64,000 bases of DNA from Tubiluchus corallicola (taxonomy: Eukaryota; Animalia; Priapulida): contig JAQGDQ010000037.1 of NCBI GenBank assembly GCA_030141605.1, forward strand, positions 186,001 to 250,000, written 5' to 3'. This document shows, in pieces, positions 1 to 46,500 of the stretch. The notes under the pieces were generated by a model that saw only the letters and a program-made list of their open reading frames with translations, was not told the DNA's origin and did not search any database. A program made the translations under genes and the position numbers. Every line of letters starts with the position of its first letter. Position 1 is the stretch's first letter.

Positions 1-587
1 GAATAGAACTCATAAAATATTTCATTTACATGATTTAAGCCGCATTGATTTTTGCCTCTGGAACATATCTCAGTTCTTTTACATTACTTTCTGTGGAAGT
101 CTTGGTTTCATTTAACGACCTTTCGCTTAACGTCTCGTCTTGTTGGAATGCATTAGCGTCATTAAGTGACGACTTACTGTATATATTTCAAGATTTTAAG
201 TATTTAAAATTTCTTTTATGAAGTTTGGCATTAAATCCTGTTTCTGTTTTGAACAAAATAAACTTGGTATAATTGCTGTAAGTTTGAATTACCTTATTTA
301 GTAAACCATTTATTGATCTGAATTTCTAGAACTACATCTGTATCACAAAAATAAGTTGTCAGTGTTTGGCTGTACCATAAGCACTTCACAATGTGATGAA
401 CTCGCATATCTTCCCGTTTTTAGAAATTCCGCTTATTGCAGTTTTTGCTTCCAGCTTGACATTGTCAAAAAAAACATTTAACTGACAGACAGACTGAATA
501 TAATTTTAACAACTTTTGTGCAATTCTGTGTTTGGAAACTGTAATGATTTTGTTGCACTTGTATTACTCTGTACTGTTGAATTTTAG

Positions 588-33774
<33,187 letters not shown>

Positions 33775-35063
33775 AATGTGTGAATTTGTACATAATTTTG
33801 CAAGTTGACACATGTATGAATATTGATTGTCTGTTGTTATGCATTGTGTATTATTGCTTTACTATCAAAGAAAAATGCAACATCATTAATTATTTAATTT
33901 TTGATGCATTATCCTATAATTTTAATAATGGTAGTTTTGTCGAATCAAAGAAGCAAATTCGAAGAAGGCATGTCCTTGTAACTGACTGTACAAATTTTCT
34001 TAGCAAGTGCTTGTGCATTTACACAAGATAATGAGCTGTATGTATTACCTTGCTTTTACTCTGATACCTCCTTGCATTTGGCAGAAGACACTGGTCCTGT
34101 TTTTAGTCTTTGTTTATATTATCTTGTTTAAACTTCGTGATAAAAACAGATAGTATATAATTGAAATTGTCTACTTGTTGTATAAAAAACTAATATTGTG
34201 TAAAAAACTTTATGAATGCTGTAAAAAGTAATTTTTTAGCCGTATTTGTTTTTGAGAAGTGCTCGTCACATGTGAAAAAATGGTTCCATAAAATCAATTT
34301 TTGGAACTGCATAACCTGGTTTTCAGTATTCAGTTTAACTAATTATGCATGCTGTTTGAAGCTGATAAGTATAGTTTCAATTATACACTGATTTTATAAA
34401 ACAATGTTGCTTTTCTTTATCATGGTTTACGATCCAATTTTTTTCATCATTATTGTAGTTAACGTGTCATTTTAAGAGTACAGTTTTCACAAACCAAACT
34501 GACGGGTCGATTTCGTCACGATTCTTAGAAGTAAGATAAAGTTGAGAAACATGTCAGATTTGTGTCAGATTCATGTTTCTTTTAGCCCCTTTTGTGGATT
34601 TTAGGAACCTTTTCTAACTTCCTAGTTTAAATTACAAAATATAAATAAAAGTATCTGTTTATTCAGTTGTAATTCAACCGACGAATCTTGCTTTATATTC
34701 GTTCTTGAATTTTTGAAATTTTTCAGTTTTTTTAATTATCATTATTTATGCTAATTGGTTTTAAATTTATGGAGTAGTAATGAAGAACAAATGGATATGA
34801 TCATGATACACCCTACGCGCTTGGCTATAATTTAAGCAATGCTAGGTCTGCTTTGATGGGTGACTACAAGAAAAAACAATAAAACGTTTCTGGCGAGTTT
34901 TCATTGCCTTACTAGTCGGGTACTACTGCAGTTGAATGTATATCCCGGACGTGATTTGCGCCCGTCCAACGCATCGTCTCAGAGAATTATTCTTCATGGC
35001 AACTGCCAAAACCAATCAAAGTTAGTATGCCCTACAGCTCTCTTAAATTAATATTTCCTGTTT

Positions 35064-35306
35064 TATGGAACAGCAAAATGGGATTTAATTATTATTTTTC
35101 ATATTAATAAATCATTTTTGAAAATTAATAAATCAATTTTGGATATTCGTAATTCATTTTTTTTCATAAAATCAAAATCAAGTATTTTTCAATAAATCAA
35201 TTTTTAATATCATAAATGATTTATTAACATTAAAAATGAATTGCGAATATTCAAAATTGATTTATTAATATTCAAAAAACGTTAAATTCCACGTTGGCGT
35301 TCCATA
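35064..35306. mobile_element. Foldback non-autonomous element with TATGG...CCATA ends and 6-bp flanking direct repeat CTGTTT
   Basis: TATGGAACAGCAAAATGGGATTTAA ... TTAAATTCCACGTTGGCGTTCCATA; internal inverted ATATTAATAAATCA arrays. Confidence 0.8.
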
Positions 35307-36269
35307 CTGTTTCAGTTACTTGGTCTTACGATTTCTCTGTGTAAAAACATAATTTTTGAGACAGTTGTTATGTTATAGCATCAGCTGCACCAGCTTGCTA
35401 CATTGGGATTGTAAATCGTTTGCTACTCTAGCTTGACAGTTAAGGTCGCGTTTTAACGCCCACGCTACGCATCGTTGCGTTTCTGCAGTTCGCCAAAAAG
35501 GAAAAACTCATTTAATGGGATTCCATTTCTGCTCTGCACTTGTCACGTCGTTTGATAATTTAAATCAGCGTTTTGCATAGATGCTGAAATCGCAACTTAA
35601 CAAGTTTTTTGCGCAATTTTAACTCGTGCGCTAGTTGTAGTTTAACACGCAACGTTGGGATTTTCTTCATCTTTTTATTGTTTTCCGCGTCTTGATAAAC
35701 GCTTGGCATTTTTTATTTATTTACAACACTTGGGAGTTTTTGTCTCAAAGATTAATGGGTCATCCAGGATGCAAGTGAGGTTCTTTGTTTAGAGTCTATG
35801 AATGTAAGAAACACATTCAGTCCAGAGGCGTTATAGAATAGATTAACTGCAAAAAGAGAAAGAAAATGCGAAAATGGGTTTCCAATGGCTTTCTCAAGCA
35901 AGCATACTATGGTACATTAATGTATTCTTTCATGTACAATTGAAAATAAATTCTCTAAAAGCTTAATTAGCCTATGTCTGCATAAAAAACCCACTGATAT
36001 AATAGGTGTACTGTAGGACATGTAATAATATTATTTAACCATATGTTCGTAAAAACATAAATTGAAACACATTCAGTTTAGTTTTACTGTTTTTGCTAAT
36101 TTTGCTATTCATTCCTAAATTCTATGCTTACGTTATGCCCTGCATGTAACTAAAATGTCCTGACCTCTCAAGAGCTTGACGCAACTTGTAATATCGCTTT
36201 ACAGAACAGAGAGGTTGAACGTATATTTTTTGAACAGTTCGGCACTTCAAGGTTCGTAACAAAAGACTC

Positions 36270-36395
36270 GTTATGCAACAATGCAGCATTATGTAACAAA
36301 TCACAACTTTGTCATTATGTAACAAAATTTGCGCCATTATGTAACAATTTTTGCGTCATTGTGTAACAAAAACGATGCATTCTGTAACAAATTAA
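36270..36395. repeat. Array of ~21-25-bp units containing CATTATGTAACAA (TE subterminal-type repeats)
   Basis: Five to six visible copies; motif related to arrays at 41844-42066 and 43669-43880. Confidence 0.75.
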
Positions 36396-37732
36396 TTTTG
36401 GGTTGGTCGTAACTACAACAAACTGCAACTGAATTGCACTATTTGCCATATATTTGAAGTCGTTTGGGTAGTTCTTGAAATTTGACGTTCAGAAATAACT
36501 CCCTTCACTAATAATTACAAAAAATTTGATTTAGAATAACCTGATTGACCAATTTAAGCAACCAGAATTCATCTTTTTATTACCAAAATATGCCTCAAAC
36601 ATGCTACAAATTTATAAGTACTGATATATAGGCCTATAGGCTTATTTCTTGGCAAGTTTTATCAGAAATAGGGAGGCAAACTATTCATTGAATCCTTGAA
36701 TGGATATTATAAGATCCTGAATAATACTTTCCTTTGCTGACTTATGACCTTTGGACATTATGCATTTGTAAGATTTGCAAATCACTTTCTGCCATTCGAC
36801 AGTTCATTTTGGACGAGCATCTAATAAATAACCTAGCAGTGCGAAATGAAGCCGATAAATTGAAGCGTGCACGCGTCACTCTTCACATCTTATTGGCTTC
36901 ATTGCGTCTCTGTGTTGGCAATACGCAACTTTATGGCACGTTGTACCGCTCTAAGCTCCGTGTCCCCTGGCTTTAATGCGAATATAACGTGCTCATATTT
37001 GGTATAAGTAATGCGCTTTGTAGGTTATTTTGGGGCAGCAGATTACCTGTTATGGATCATTGTATTTGTAGATGCATGATTGCTACTGAAATGAGCCCAT
37101 GATGTGAGATTGGTATGTTTACAGTGTAAACTGGAAAGCATTCTTGATGATGTGAATTGATGCCACATTATATAGTTATGGTTTTGCAAACAAATATAGG
37201 TCCTTACTATTTCTACGCGTGATTCAAAATGCACGAGTAGATATTAATGCTCACTTTATAAAGTAGTCATATTACATTTTGTGTAAATAGTCTACTTTTT
37301 ATTATAAAGGATTGTTCATGCGGCTTTAATTTTGCCACAGTAATTTGTACGTCTCGTTAAATTCATGCCAAAATGAAAAATGGTAAAATGAAGCCCAGTA
37401 CAGCATTTGCTGCACCATCGCCCCATTAACCCCATGCGTGTCCGAGCAGCTTTATAATTATAACAATGCTACTAAAAGTGACTTTTTTGCCTTGAAATTG
37501 CCATAACTCGATTACTGATACTTTCGACTTTATGTGTCGGCTTAAAAAATCTTCACTTTTTAAAATTAACTTTTGAAAAAGTACCGTATATATATGTGTG
37601 TGTGTGTGTGTGCGTGCGTGCGTGCGTGTATATTTTGTCTAACATGTATTTTAAAGGTACTTTAAAGATGCATACATGATACACGCAATATTTATTTCCA
37701 AGGTAGTCCCGATTATTATTACCCGCATACAA

Positions 37733-37839
37733 GTTTAATCGAAGAAGCAGCGGTAACATTTTTTTAAGTTTTTGGTATGACTCAATCGGGAATTGAACCC
37801 GTAACCTCATGCGAGCATACTACCATTGGGCTGTGCGCC
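37733..37839 (-). mobile_element. tRNA-derived SINE 5' part with Meta-type core
   Basis: Minus: GGCGCACAGCCCAATGGTAG (A box)...GGTTCAATTCCCG (B box), then GTCATACCAAAAACTTAAAAAAATGTTACCGCTGCTTC resembling the MetaSINE domain as recalled. Confidence 0.7.
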
Positions 37840-38003
37840 TCCGTCTTATATTTACTTGGAGAAAGAAATGTTTTACAATATAATAAGATGTATATTGTAT
37901 ATGCATCTGGGGTTATCCTGAATGACAGAGTGGATGCTAATGATAAAAAACGTGCCATTGGTCAGTATTCAACACATATTCTTCTAGCACGTACACCTGT
38001 AAT

Positions 38004-38111
38004 GGCGCGTTCAGACGTAGAGACTTCCCTTCCAACTTGTTGTAACGTGTGAACGGCTTGGCAACTTCTCTCAGAGAGAAGTTGCGAGAGAAGTCTACGT
38101 CTGAACGCTGG
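38004..38111. mobile_element. Short palindromic Harbinger-like MITE
   Basis: 15-bp inverted repeat GCGTTCAGACGTAGA / TCTACGTCTGAACGC; inner palindrome GCAACTTCTCTCAGAGAGAAGTTGC. Confidence 0.7.
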
Positions 38112-39379
38112 AGCATTTGAGTTATTCGATCATACTCCAATCAAGATTGCAGGCTGTGCGAAGATTCTGCACTAAATTTTGAGGACATGATATATTCACT
38201 ACTGTTCAAGCAATACTTTGATGTAATAAATTATTCTCGTAGTATTACTTCTTGTTTTTACACTCCTTAGAAAAAGCTTATAATTTAATACCACCCTGTA
38301 TTTGATGTGATCCTTTGCGTGCCGAAAAATATATTTGGAGCTGCTCGAGAACTTTTGACGAATTTATTGGAACATAACGGAAATTAATTCTTATTGTACA
38401 ACCGTCAATAAAATGAATAAACCTAAAGTTTTTGCATTGTTAAAATTGTAGTTCTGCACTAAAAAAATACACACACACAAAATTTATTTAATCTAGGTAG
38501 GATCAGCTTGCCATAGAGTCTTCTCGCACATATTCGTCAACACCACTGACCTACCTGCTTCGAATTAATCCCGCTTCATTATCATTGTTTACTTCTGATT
38601 TATTTATTTTTATTCATTTGTTTATTCGATTTTTCATTCGTTTATTCAGTCATTTATTTTATTGATTATCAGCGTAGTTTCAATCTTGTACAACAAACAC
38701 AAACTAACAAAGCCTACGAACATATAAGCGTAAGCACTTAATATAAAAAACACTAAACAATTTTTTTAAAAGTATCACCCGAAGAAAATAATGTACCATT
38801 TATGGGGAAGAAATCAAGAAATCCGAGTTTATCAAATTACGGCATGGCGTATTGATGGCTAAAAGAGAAAGTGCGAAAAAATGACGGAGAGCAATAAGCA
38901 CTTACAAAAAGCCAGAGACCAGTTTGGAGGTGAAAGAAAGGTACTTCGGGGTTGCATGATTTTGATCTTCCTTTGCATTGTACATTCAAAGTTATGGTTG
39001 TGAAAACTGGAAAAAATTAAACACTATGTTTAGTATAGGCCTATGGAAGCAATCCTAAGAAAATGTCATGGGAATAATATATGCCTATATACCGCAATTT
39101 TACATCTAAGAATTGCAGCGAGGCAAGAAAGTTCAAAACATTAGTGTTAGTAGCCGTATATCTATGAGATAATGAAAATAAGAGTCTAAGAGATAGGACG
39201 CCGGACACAAATAACTTTGTAGGCCTAGGTTCAGCTACATGTAGGCCTAGCTTCAGCTGTTAGGGCTGTGTTACCAACATTTCTCCTGTCTAGAGTTCTA
39301 CAATAAATTTACGATTCGTCAAGCAAACACGCCATGCGCATTGTAATTATGAATGCAGCTAAAGTGCGGGGATCTACGC

Positions 39380-39385
39380 TATAAA
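39380..39385 (+). promoter_or_regulatory. Candidate TATA box of the secreted-protein (pseudo)gene
   Basis: TATAAA ~70 nt upstream of a GTGAGT donor at 39454. Confidence 0.45.
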
Positions 39386-39812
39386 GCTAGGGTTAGAAGC
39401 ATACAAGTGGGAAAGCAGAAAAGCGATTCCAAGTAGTGAAGCCAGGAGAAAAAGTGAGTATTTGTTCATGCTGCTACCAGACAAAAGAGGAGCAGCTCTT
39501 TTATTTACTTACTCTGAAAAGGAAAGGCTTAGCATTCCACCGGTAATGCATGCATTTTACCGTGCAAGGCTTAGAAATAATAGGCCTACATCGTTGTTTT
39601 TCTACAATTTATACTGCCACAAACACCATGTCTGTAGCAGTATGTTTGTACCACAAAAATATTATTTTTGGAAATGCTGCTAAGCCACTTATTTGTACAG
39701 TCCAGTTAGACCTTAAACATCCTAGACTAGGAAAAATAAGAGGGCAGACCGTCTACTTCAATTTTCGTTATTACAGGTGATCAAGAGCAATAAAGTTTAG
39801 CTGAGCGTCACA

Positions 39813-40639
39813 ATGAAAGCAGACGTTTGTAATATGTCAATGATTTTCACTGTTTCGGCTGTAACTTTGCTCACAATACAAACAGGTAGGAATTTTAATA
39901 TTGCTGAATTTTGATATGGACCTACATGTTTAGGACTAAAATGCATCATTGTTATATTGGTAGTCGGTAAATTGATGTACTGCAGTCTTTTAACATTTTA
40001 ACACACAAAAGTTCATGTAGATCTATATCTACTGTAATAATAATCAGTATAATTATGTAAGTATGTCGTTCGTAATTGTAATAAGTATGTTGCATAAATC
40101 AGCAAAATTGCAAACGCGTTCTTCCTGGATCTGTAAGGTACAGATTAATCTCAGATTATGGGGGCATTATAAATTAAAACTGCGAAACGGCGACCTGCCT
40201 CTATAGATTTGTGATTTTATTACGTCGCACTCTTTCCTCCACCCAACAATGAAGATCCATATTGTTCAATCAATTCCAACAATGGAGTCCAAGTTGGCAG
40301 TCTTGTCCCTCAATGTCGCTGTCGTCTCGCTCTGGAGTTCAAAAACCGTAACTGGGGAATCGTAAAGACAAATGCTCTCAGTGTCGAGCAACAGTGGCTT
40401 GTCAAACGACACAAGGAGACAAATAGGTTAGCTGATTTTTCGTTGCAATAGTGAGGTCCAAGTGATAAGTCCTATCACGTGTTAACGTCGTCGTCGTCTT
40501 TGTTATGGACAGGTATGGGTCCAAGCTATCTATAATAGATTCTTGTTTGTATCTTGTCATTTTTGTAATTTTGTTCTATTTGTTACAGTTTGCTCCGCGT
40601 CGTTCAATAACGTAGAAAAGGACACAAGTAAACGAAACA
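39813..40639 (+). pseudogene. Probable pseudogene of a secreted/extracellular protein; exons 39813-39885 (signal-peptide-like), 40207-40512, 40589-40639
   Basis: MKADVCNMSMIFTVSAVTLLTIQT then phase 1-1 exons of 306 and 51 nt with canonical splice sites; in-frame stops at 40212 (TGA) and 40449-40454 (TAG TGA). Confidence 0.5.
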
Positions 40640-42827
40640 GTAAGTATGCCTAAGTAGCTGTTTCTGTGGGTATAGATTAGATTGGTTAAAATTTGGTTTA
40701 TTACAGCATAAAAGCCATACAAAAACATAAAAACATTACAAAACATTACAGTAAAATAATAAAATAAAAGTTACATTAAAAATACTACTATACCTTATAC
40801 ATTCAGTAAAAAGCATTCGCAGCTATCGCGTTCGACGATTGTTATTTACAAATAGACAGTTATTCCACGTCTTAAAGTAACAAGATTGTATGATTCGTAC
40901 GGAGTCGACAATAGCTAATAGATGTTTATTGTTCACAAGTTCTAGTAATCGTTTTCTTATACTGTAATAGGCTTTCCTGCAAAGGTGCGAAAAATGTGGC
41001 AATGTTAAATTTGCTCACACGCCAGAAGCACTACAATCGTGTGTTAACTTACCATATGGATTATGAAGATAGTTTTCGGTAAAACCACAGCCAAGCCCTA
41101 TTGTTCGATATTGTGCGAAAATATGTAAAGTCTAATTAACAGCGATCGCGGCTAGTCGACTTCCGAACAGACTATCTCCATTGTGGCGAGGTGTCAAGCA
41201 AATTGGCTTCACTCTGCGTTAAGCAACCGAAATGTTGGTAGTTTTGCGCTAATAATTGGCTTCCAATATGATTTTATTTTACTTTAATTTAATACTGCTT
41301 TAATGCTACTTCAGCGTGATTTTAATTACTGTGGCTTTAACTTACATTTTATTTTGAGGCGATTTTAACTAGGCATTGCGGTTTTTAATTGCGTTCTATT
41401 TTTTAACTAGATTGTTTTCTAACTAATGTGATTTTAGTATGACCTTATAAATCATGCTTACTCATGCTGGGATTAATAAGTGATGAATCGTGGTTAATTT
41501 AATTTAAGTTAATTTGAACTTAGTTAATAACGCGAAAATATTCTGCCGGGCACCTGATGGTCATCCCCCGTACGTACTACAACAGCTCAGTACTGTTCTC
41601 AGCCACCGCAAGAACTACCTAGCGGTGGACGAACGTCGCTTTTGTTATCAGTTAATCGTTTCTTGGCGGGTTTCACCGTGCACTGTTTTCATATGAAAAC
41701 CATACTGAACAGCTTCCTGATGCCATTGTTATAGGCAACGCGTGTTTTGTTAAAGAATGTGTCGTCAAATTTCGTCCATAACGACAAAAATAACTCTTAA
41801 ATAGATGTAATTTCACATATTTTAAGCAGAGTTGTTACAACTGTTATGTAACAAATGTCTGATATTGTAATGCAGGAAAAACATTAACGCATAATGCAAT
41901 AAAAATCAACACATCATGTAATAACTAACTGCTAATGTAATAAAAAAGTAACGCATAATGTAAGACCCAAAACGCATATGATACAATAACCCGAAATTGA
42001 ACGCATATTACAACAACACAAAACGCATAATGTAATAATAAAAATTCTAACCGATTATATAATAACTAGTTGAATTAGTATTACTTGATACCAGTGGTGT
42101 GCCTTACTCTGTTTGGAAGAGGAGGTATAATTATTTTAGTCATTTTTATCTCTGTCAAGGAAGTTATGCTTCAGCACAGTTTGTTTGTTTTGTTGTTTTT
42201 TGTCTGTTATGACAGTAAGCTTATTACGAAAAACTATGTAACAGATTTCCATGAAACTTTGCGAAGAAAGGTGGGTATAGAGTGCCAAAATGGCAATCTT
42301 TTCGCCGGTTTTTTTTTCGCAAAATTTGACTGAACACCTCGTACAAAAACGTTCGTGAAGCACTCCATGGAGTGTTTAATACTACTTTTTTATTATCTCC
42401 ACTAGGACGCACAGCTACGAGTTAGTACTAGGGCTCATTTCAAAAAATCTCGCTTGTAAAATTGCGTAATGCTGTCTATAACCTTTGCTTATTATTGCGT
42501 ATATCTGAGGTAACTTGACACGTATACATTTCTCAGTCTATTACCGCCACCAAAATTAATGGTGAAAAGATAAACGCTGTGTGGAACATTCGTGCATTAT
42601 TGATTATAAATCCATTTAATAAACAAATATCTTGTAAGGCTTTTGCTAGCCTATATAATACCAGTACATGTACATTTTTGTATGTTCGCTTGTTTATCTT
42701 TGTGTTAAATTTCTTGAATCATAAGAATCAGACGAATAGCATTAGGTTTGTTCGGCATTAGTAGAGATCTGCTTTCTGCTGAGCGCATTCTAGCTTTATT
42801 ATAGAAATCAATTGCATCAAAATAACA

Positions 42828-42990
42828 TATGTGCCATTTTTTCCTACCTTCCCATCTGTGCCATTTTTACCGTGCCATTTTTTCTGTGTAATTTTTACTA
42901 CTTTTCCATTTGTGCCATTTTTTTCATGTGGCATTTTTTCCTGTGCCATTTTTACCGTGCCATTTTTCCCGTGTCATTTTTACCACGCAT
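42828..42990. repeat. ~14-15-bp tandem array GTGCCATTTTTACC
   Basis: About 9 degenerate copies; explains spurious ORFs 42758-43116. Confidence 0.9.
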
Positions 42991-43124
42991 CGACAAGTAA
43001 AGGTGTCGTTTCTTTTAAATACATTAATAATGGACGTTATTACAGTCATACAAAAGGAACTCAACCTTAGTGGTATTATTAGTACTATTAGTGCCATTAT
43101 TAGTACCAACTATTAGTACCATTA

Positions 43125-43141
43125 TTGTTGTTGTTATTGTT

Positions 43142-43179
<38 letters not shown>

Positions 43180-43180
43180 A
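43125..43180. repeat. (TTG)n microsatellite
   Basis: Directly visible. Confidence 0.95.
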
Positions 43181-43439
43181 ATTTCTGTTTTTCAACAAAC
43201 AAATACAAAAATGAAATAACAACTGTCAGTCTGTCACTGCTTTGAATTCAATGTAGATTCGCACTACGTAAGTTCTACTTCGTAAAATATTTATCAAAAG
43301 CTTTCAAAAACTTACCATCGTTAGAGGTGATTACGAAATCTTTAGGAAGACACTCCTATTAACGATTTCATTGTAAAGCCTACAAAAATCACGACGAGAA
43401 GGACATATAGTCAGGCAGATAAAGAGTCAGACAGCAGAC

Positions 43440-43554
<115 letters not shown>

Positions 43555-46500
43555 AAGCAAATGAGGACGAATCGAGGGACTAATGCGCACTACCTTCATA
43601 TTCCAAAAAATCAAAATTATTTTATTATATACGTGTATAAGAAAGTGGTACCAAGTAACATTAATTCTGATACTTATTACATTATCGGTGTTATTACATC
43701 ATACGTTTTGTGGCGTTACAATTATGCGATTTGGTGATCTTACATTATGCGTTAGTTTTTTGTCTGTTAATTTTTTTACATTATTGATTATTTATTAAAT
43801 CGTTACATTATATACTGATTTTTATTACAACATGCGTTAAGTTTTTGGTATTACTGTAATACATGCATTTGTTGCATACCAATTGTACAAGGCTGGTCAA
43901 TAACTACGTTTTCAAGGATATCCTTGGAGGTGATTCCCGTGGAAAGATCGTAAACAGGCAAAGAAAAGGGAAGAGAGAGAGTGTGTGTGAGCGAGAGAGA
44001 AAGAGGAAGCAAGTGCTTGAAAACCCATGAGAATGGATGGACGGGATGCTGTAGCACCGTGCACGGAGGTCTCACTGTTAACTGGCACATAGAAGAGCAG
44101 GAAACTCTTTTAGTTCTTTACTATAATTATCATAACTAAATTGAAGTACAAAAATCTACCTGGGAATAGAGTTTTGTTTAGCTAATTATAAAAAGTCTCG
44201 TGCGTGCTTAATACTATTTTTAAACTAACTGTTCGTTGCACGCCCAGTTTATGCAGCCAATTCAACACCGAATTTAGCTTTGAGTCGTGAATTAGAATGA
44301 GTTGGTTCGGGTGTAAGAAAAGGTCTATGAGATATTTGGGAGGAGGTGTATCAAATAGATTTTCCCCGTAAACAGCCTATAAGTTTGGCAGTGAACTGGA
44401 TGATTCCATGAAAACCGGAGTGATTTCTGTTTCAGACCATGCATTTCTTTAAGGACTGTTTACGTCCGAATGTGCCTAACATGCCTTTGCTATTTAATTG
44501 CTTCATCTTAAAAGATTATCCTCGATAATTCATGAGCTAAATCTAATCTCGACAAAATCATTCACCACTCACCAGCACCATTACTAGTAGACCACTTCTG
44601 AACTCCACTGCTTACTGGTTGCAATGTGCCTAACTGTTTATTAAAATACATAAATTATCAACATATAAGACTTGCACATATAAGCATATACATGTATAAT
44701 ATATCAATATATTGCTTCAGAATAATAACATAGGACATGTATTTAAATTTAGTTTACTAACATATGACTCATGCTAATCATGGAGTAATCAGGAATAGCA
44801 TTGTTAGGCCCTTGGACCTAGACAACGGCTTTTGTCTCGATGAGTACACATCCACTTAAATCTATCCTTTATTAAAACTGGGCTTTTTGAAGTTACGTTG
44901 AATAAATCTTTCTACTCTAAAGAAACAGTCAGTTTCTGCATGCGCCGTATTACTATTTTTCGAAGCCGGACATGCGTACAAGATTTTTTACTACTTGGTT
45001 TTTGGGTTCTTAGACTAGAATCAGAGCAAGTCAAAATGAATTTTTCTAATTTGCAGGGTACTACCCTTACTCCATCCAAAACTACTTCTTACACGTTTGA
45101 TACGGCATTTTTTGTCCTGTACAGGTTTTCGCGTCTATTCATCCTTACTCTTAGTCATCAAAGTTTATTGAGTTTTACCAAAAAGGAAATTATTTCTTAA
45201 ACATGTCTCTAAAAATTAATCTTCTTGAATAAGGGGCGCACGAATTAAATTTCTGAGAATGGCAAAGTGCGTTGTTTTTACTTTAATTTTAGTTTTGAAT
45301 AGCAGTACTATTCATAGTTGTGTAACGTATTGTGCGTTTTTTTTCAGTATGGTGGACCAAAAGAAATTTTGACAGATCTCTTGGCATTGGTAAGCAACTT
45401 GAATTTTTTTTCACAATTCTGTTCAAAGAAATAATGTTCAGTTTCGTTATTTCATCAGTGCACCTACACATGCACATACATGCACGTACTACAGACTAAA
45501 TGTTGTACAGCTTATGCATAAAATATAGCATTGATCAATTTTTAGAACCACTTTATACATCACACAACCTACTGTCTTTTTCCCTACTACTTCCACTAAC
45601 ACATCCTTCTTCCGGTCCCGTGAGATAGCCTTTCTCCCTTTCTTGTTCACATATCAGTTCCTTATTTTATCTGGTCCACATGTCAGTGGGCTTATACAAG
45701 CCTTTGCTTTTCTAACCCACTGCAGTACAACTATTCTTTTATGGTAACGATAGTGAATGAAACATAATATTACAGTATGAAGTAATAATTTTGCTAGTTT
45801 GTTGCCATGAATGTGACAACAATAAAACTTCAAAACTTTAACTACACGAGACGGTCATTAAGCTAAACAATCTACCCAAATGACCGAACTTTTTCCAGTT
45901 TTCAGTTTGTTTCAGTTATATACAGTGATAATACTGACCTGATTGTAACACCGATAATGAAGAATGTTGTAATAATGATGAAGACGACGACAACGATGAT
46001 GATATTTATGAATAAATTGTCATTGTTATCACATCAAAACATTGTTAATTCGTTACGCCAGAAAACTCTTGCTTATAAGTAATTGTTGCCAGGCTAAACA
46101 ATTGTTCAGGATGAGGCTAATTTGTGGTTTTAACAATTATGCGTCATTGATGGCTTCTACGTTACAGGTTTACGGGAATTAACTAAATGTGAGCAGACAT
46201 CCAAAACATTCGGTAAGAACATTAATTTTTAGGTATTATTTTAATCAGTGCTCGATTGTATTGCAAAAGCTCTCATCCTCATTGAATTAATACGATACGC
46301 CTGGGCCAGCATCAACGGCGCAGCAAGTGTTTGAGGTACCCGGAAGCAAAAAAAAAACTTCTGGCGTGCTACCTTTTTAAAGTTTTGATTATTTTTTCGT
46401 GGGCGAAGCCACAAATTGTGCACGTTTTTTGTGTCCCTCAGCCTACCTTTGTTTTTTGATATGATGGGATTAAGATAAATAATTTTTTGTAAGAATCACC

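Noticed and set aside
36270-36395. CRISPR-like repeat/spacer array (also 41844-42066, 42828-42990, 48503-48812)
   Set aside because: Eukaryotic context, degenerate short units, no unique constant-length spacers, no cas genes
37780-37839. tRNA gene
   Set aside because: A/B boxes present but no cloverleaf or anticodon arm; continues into a SINE-like core
42758-43116. Six overlapping ORFs (KNGT/CHFF repeats)
   Set aside because: Products of the 14-15-bp tandem array
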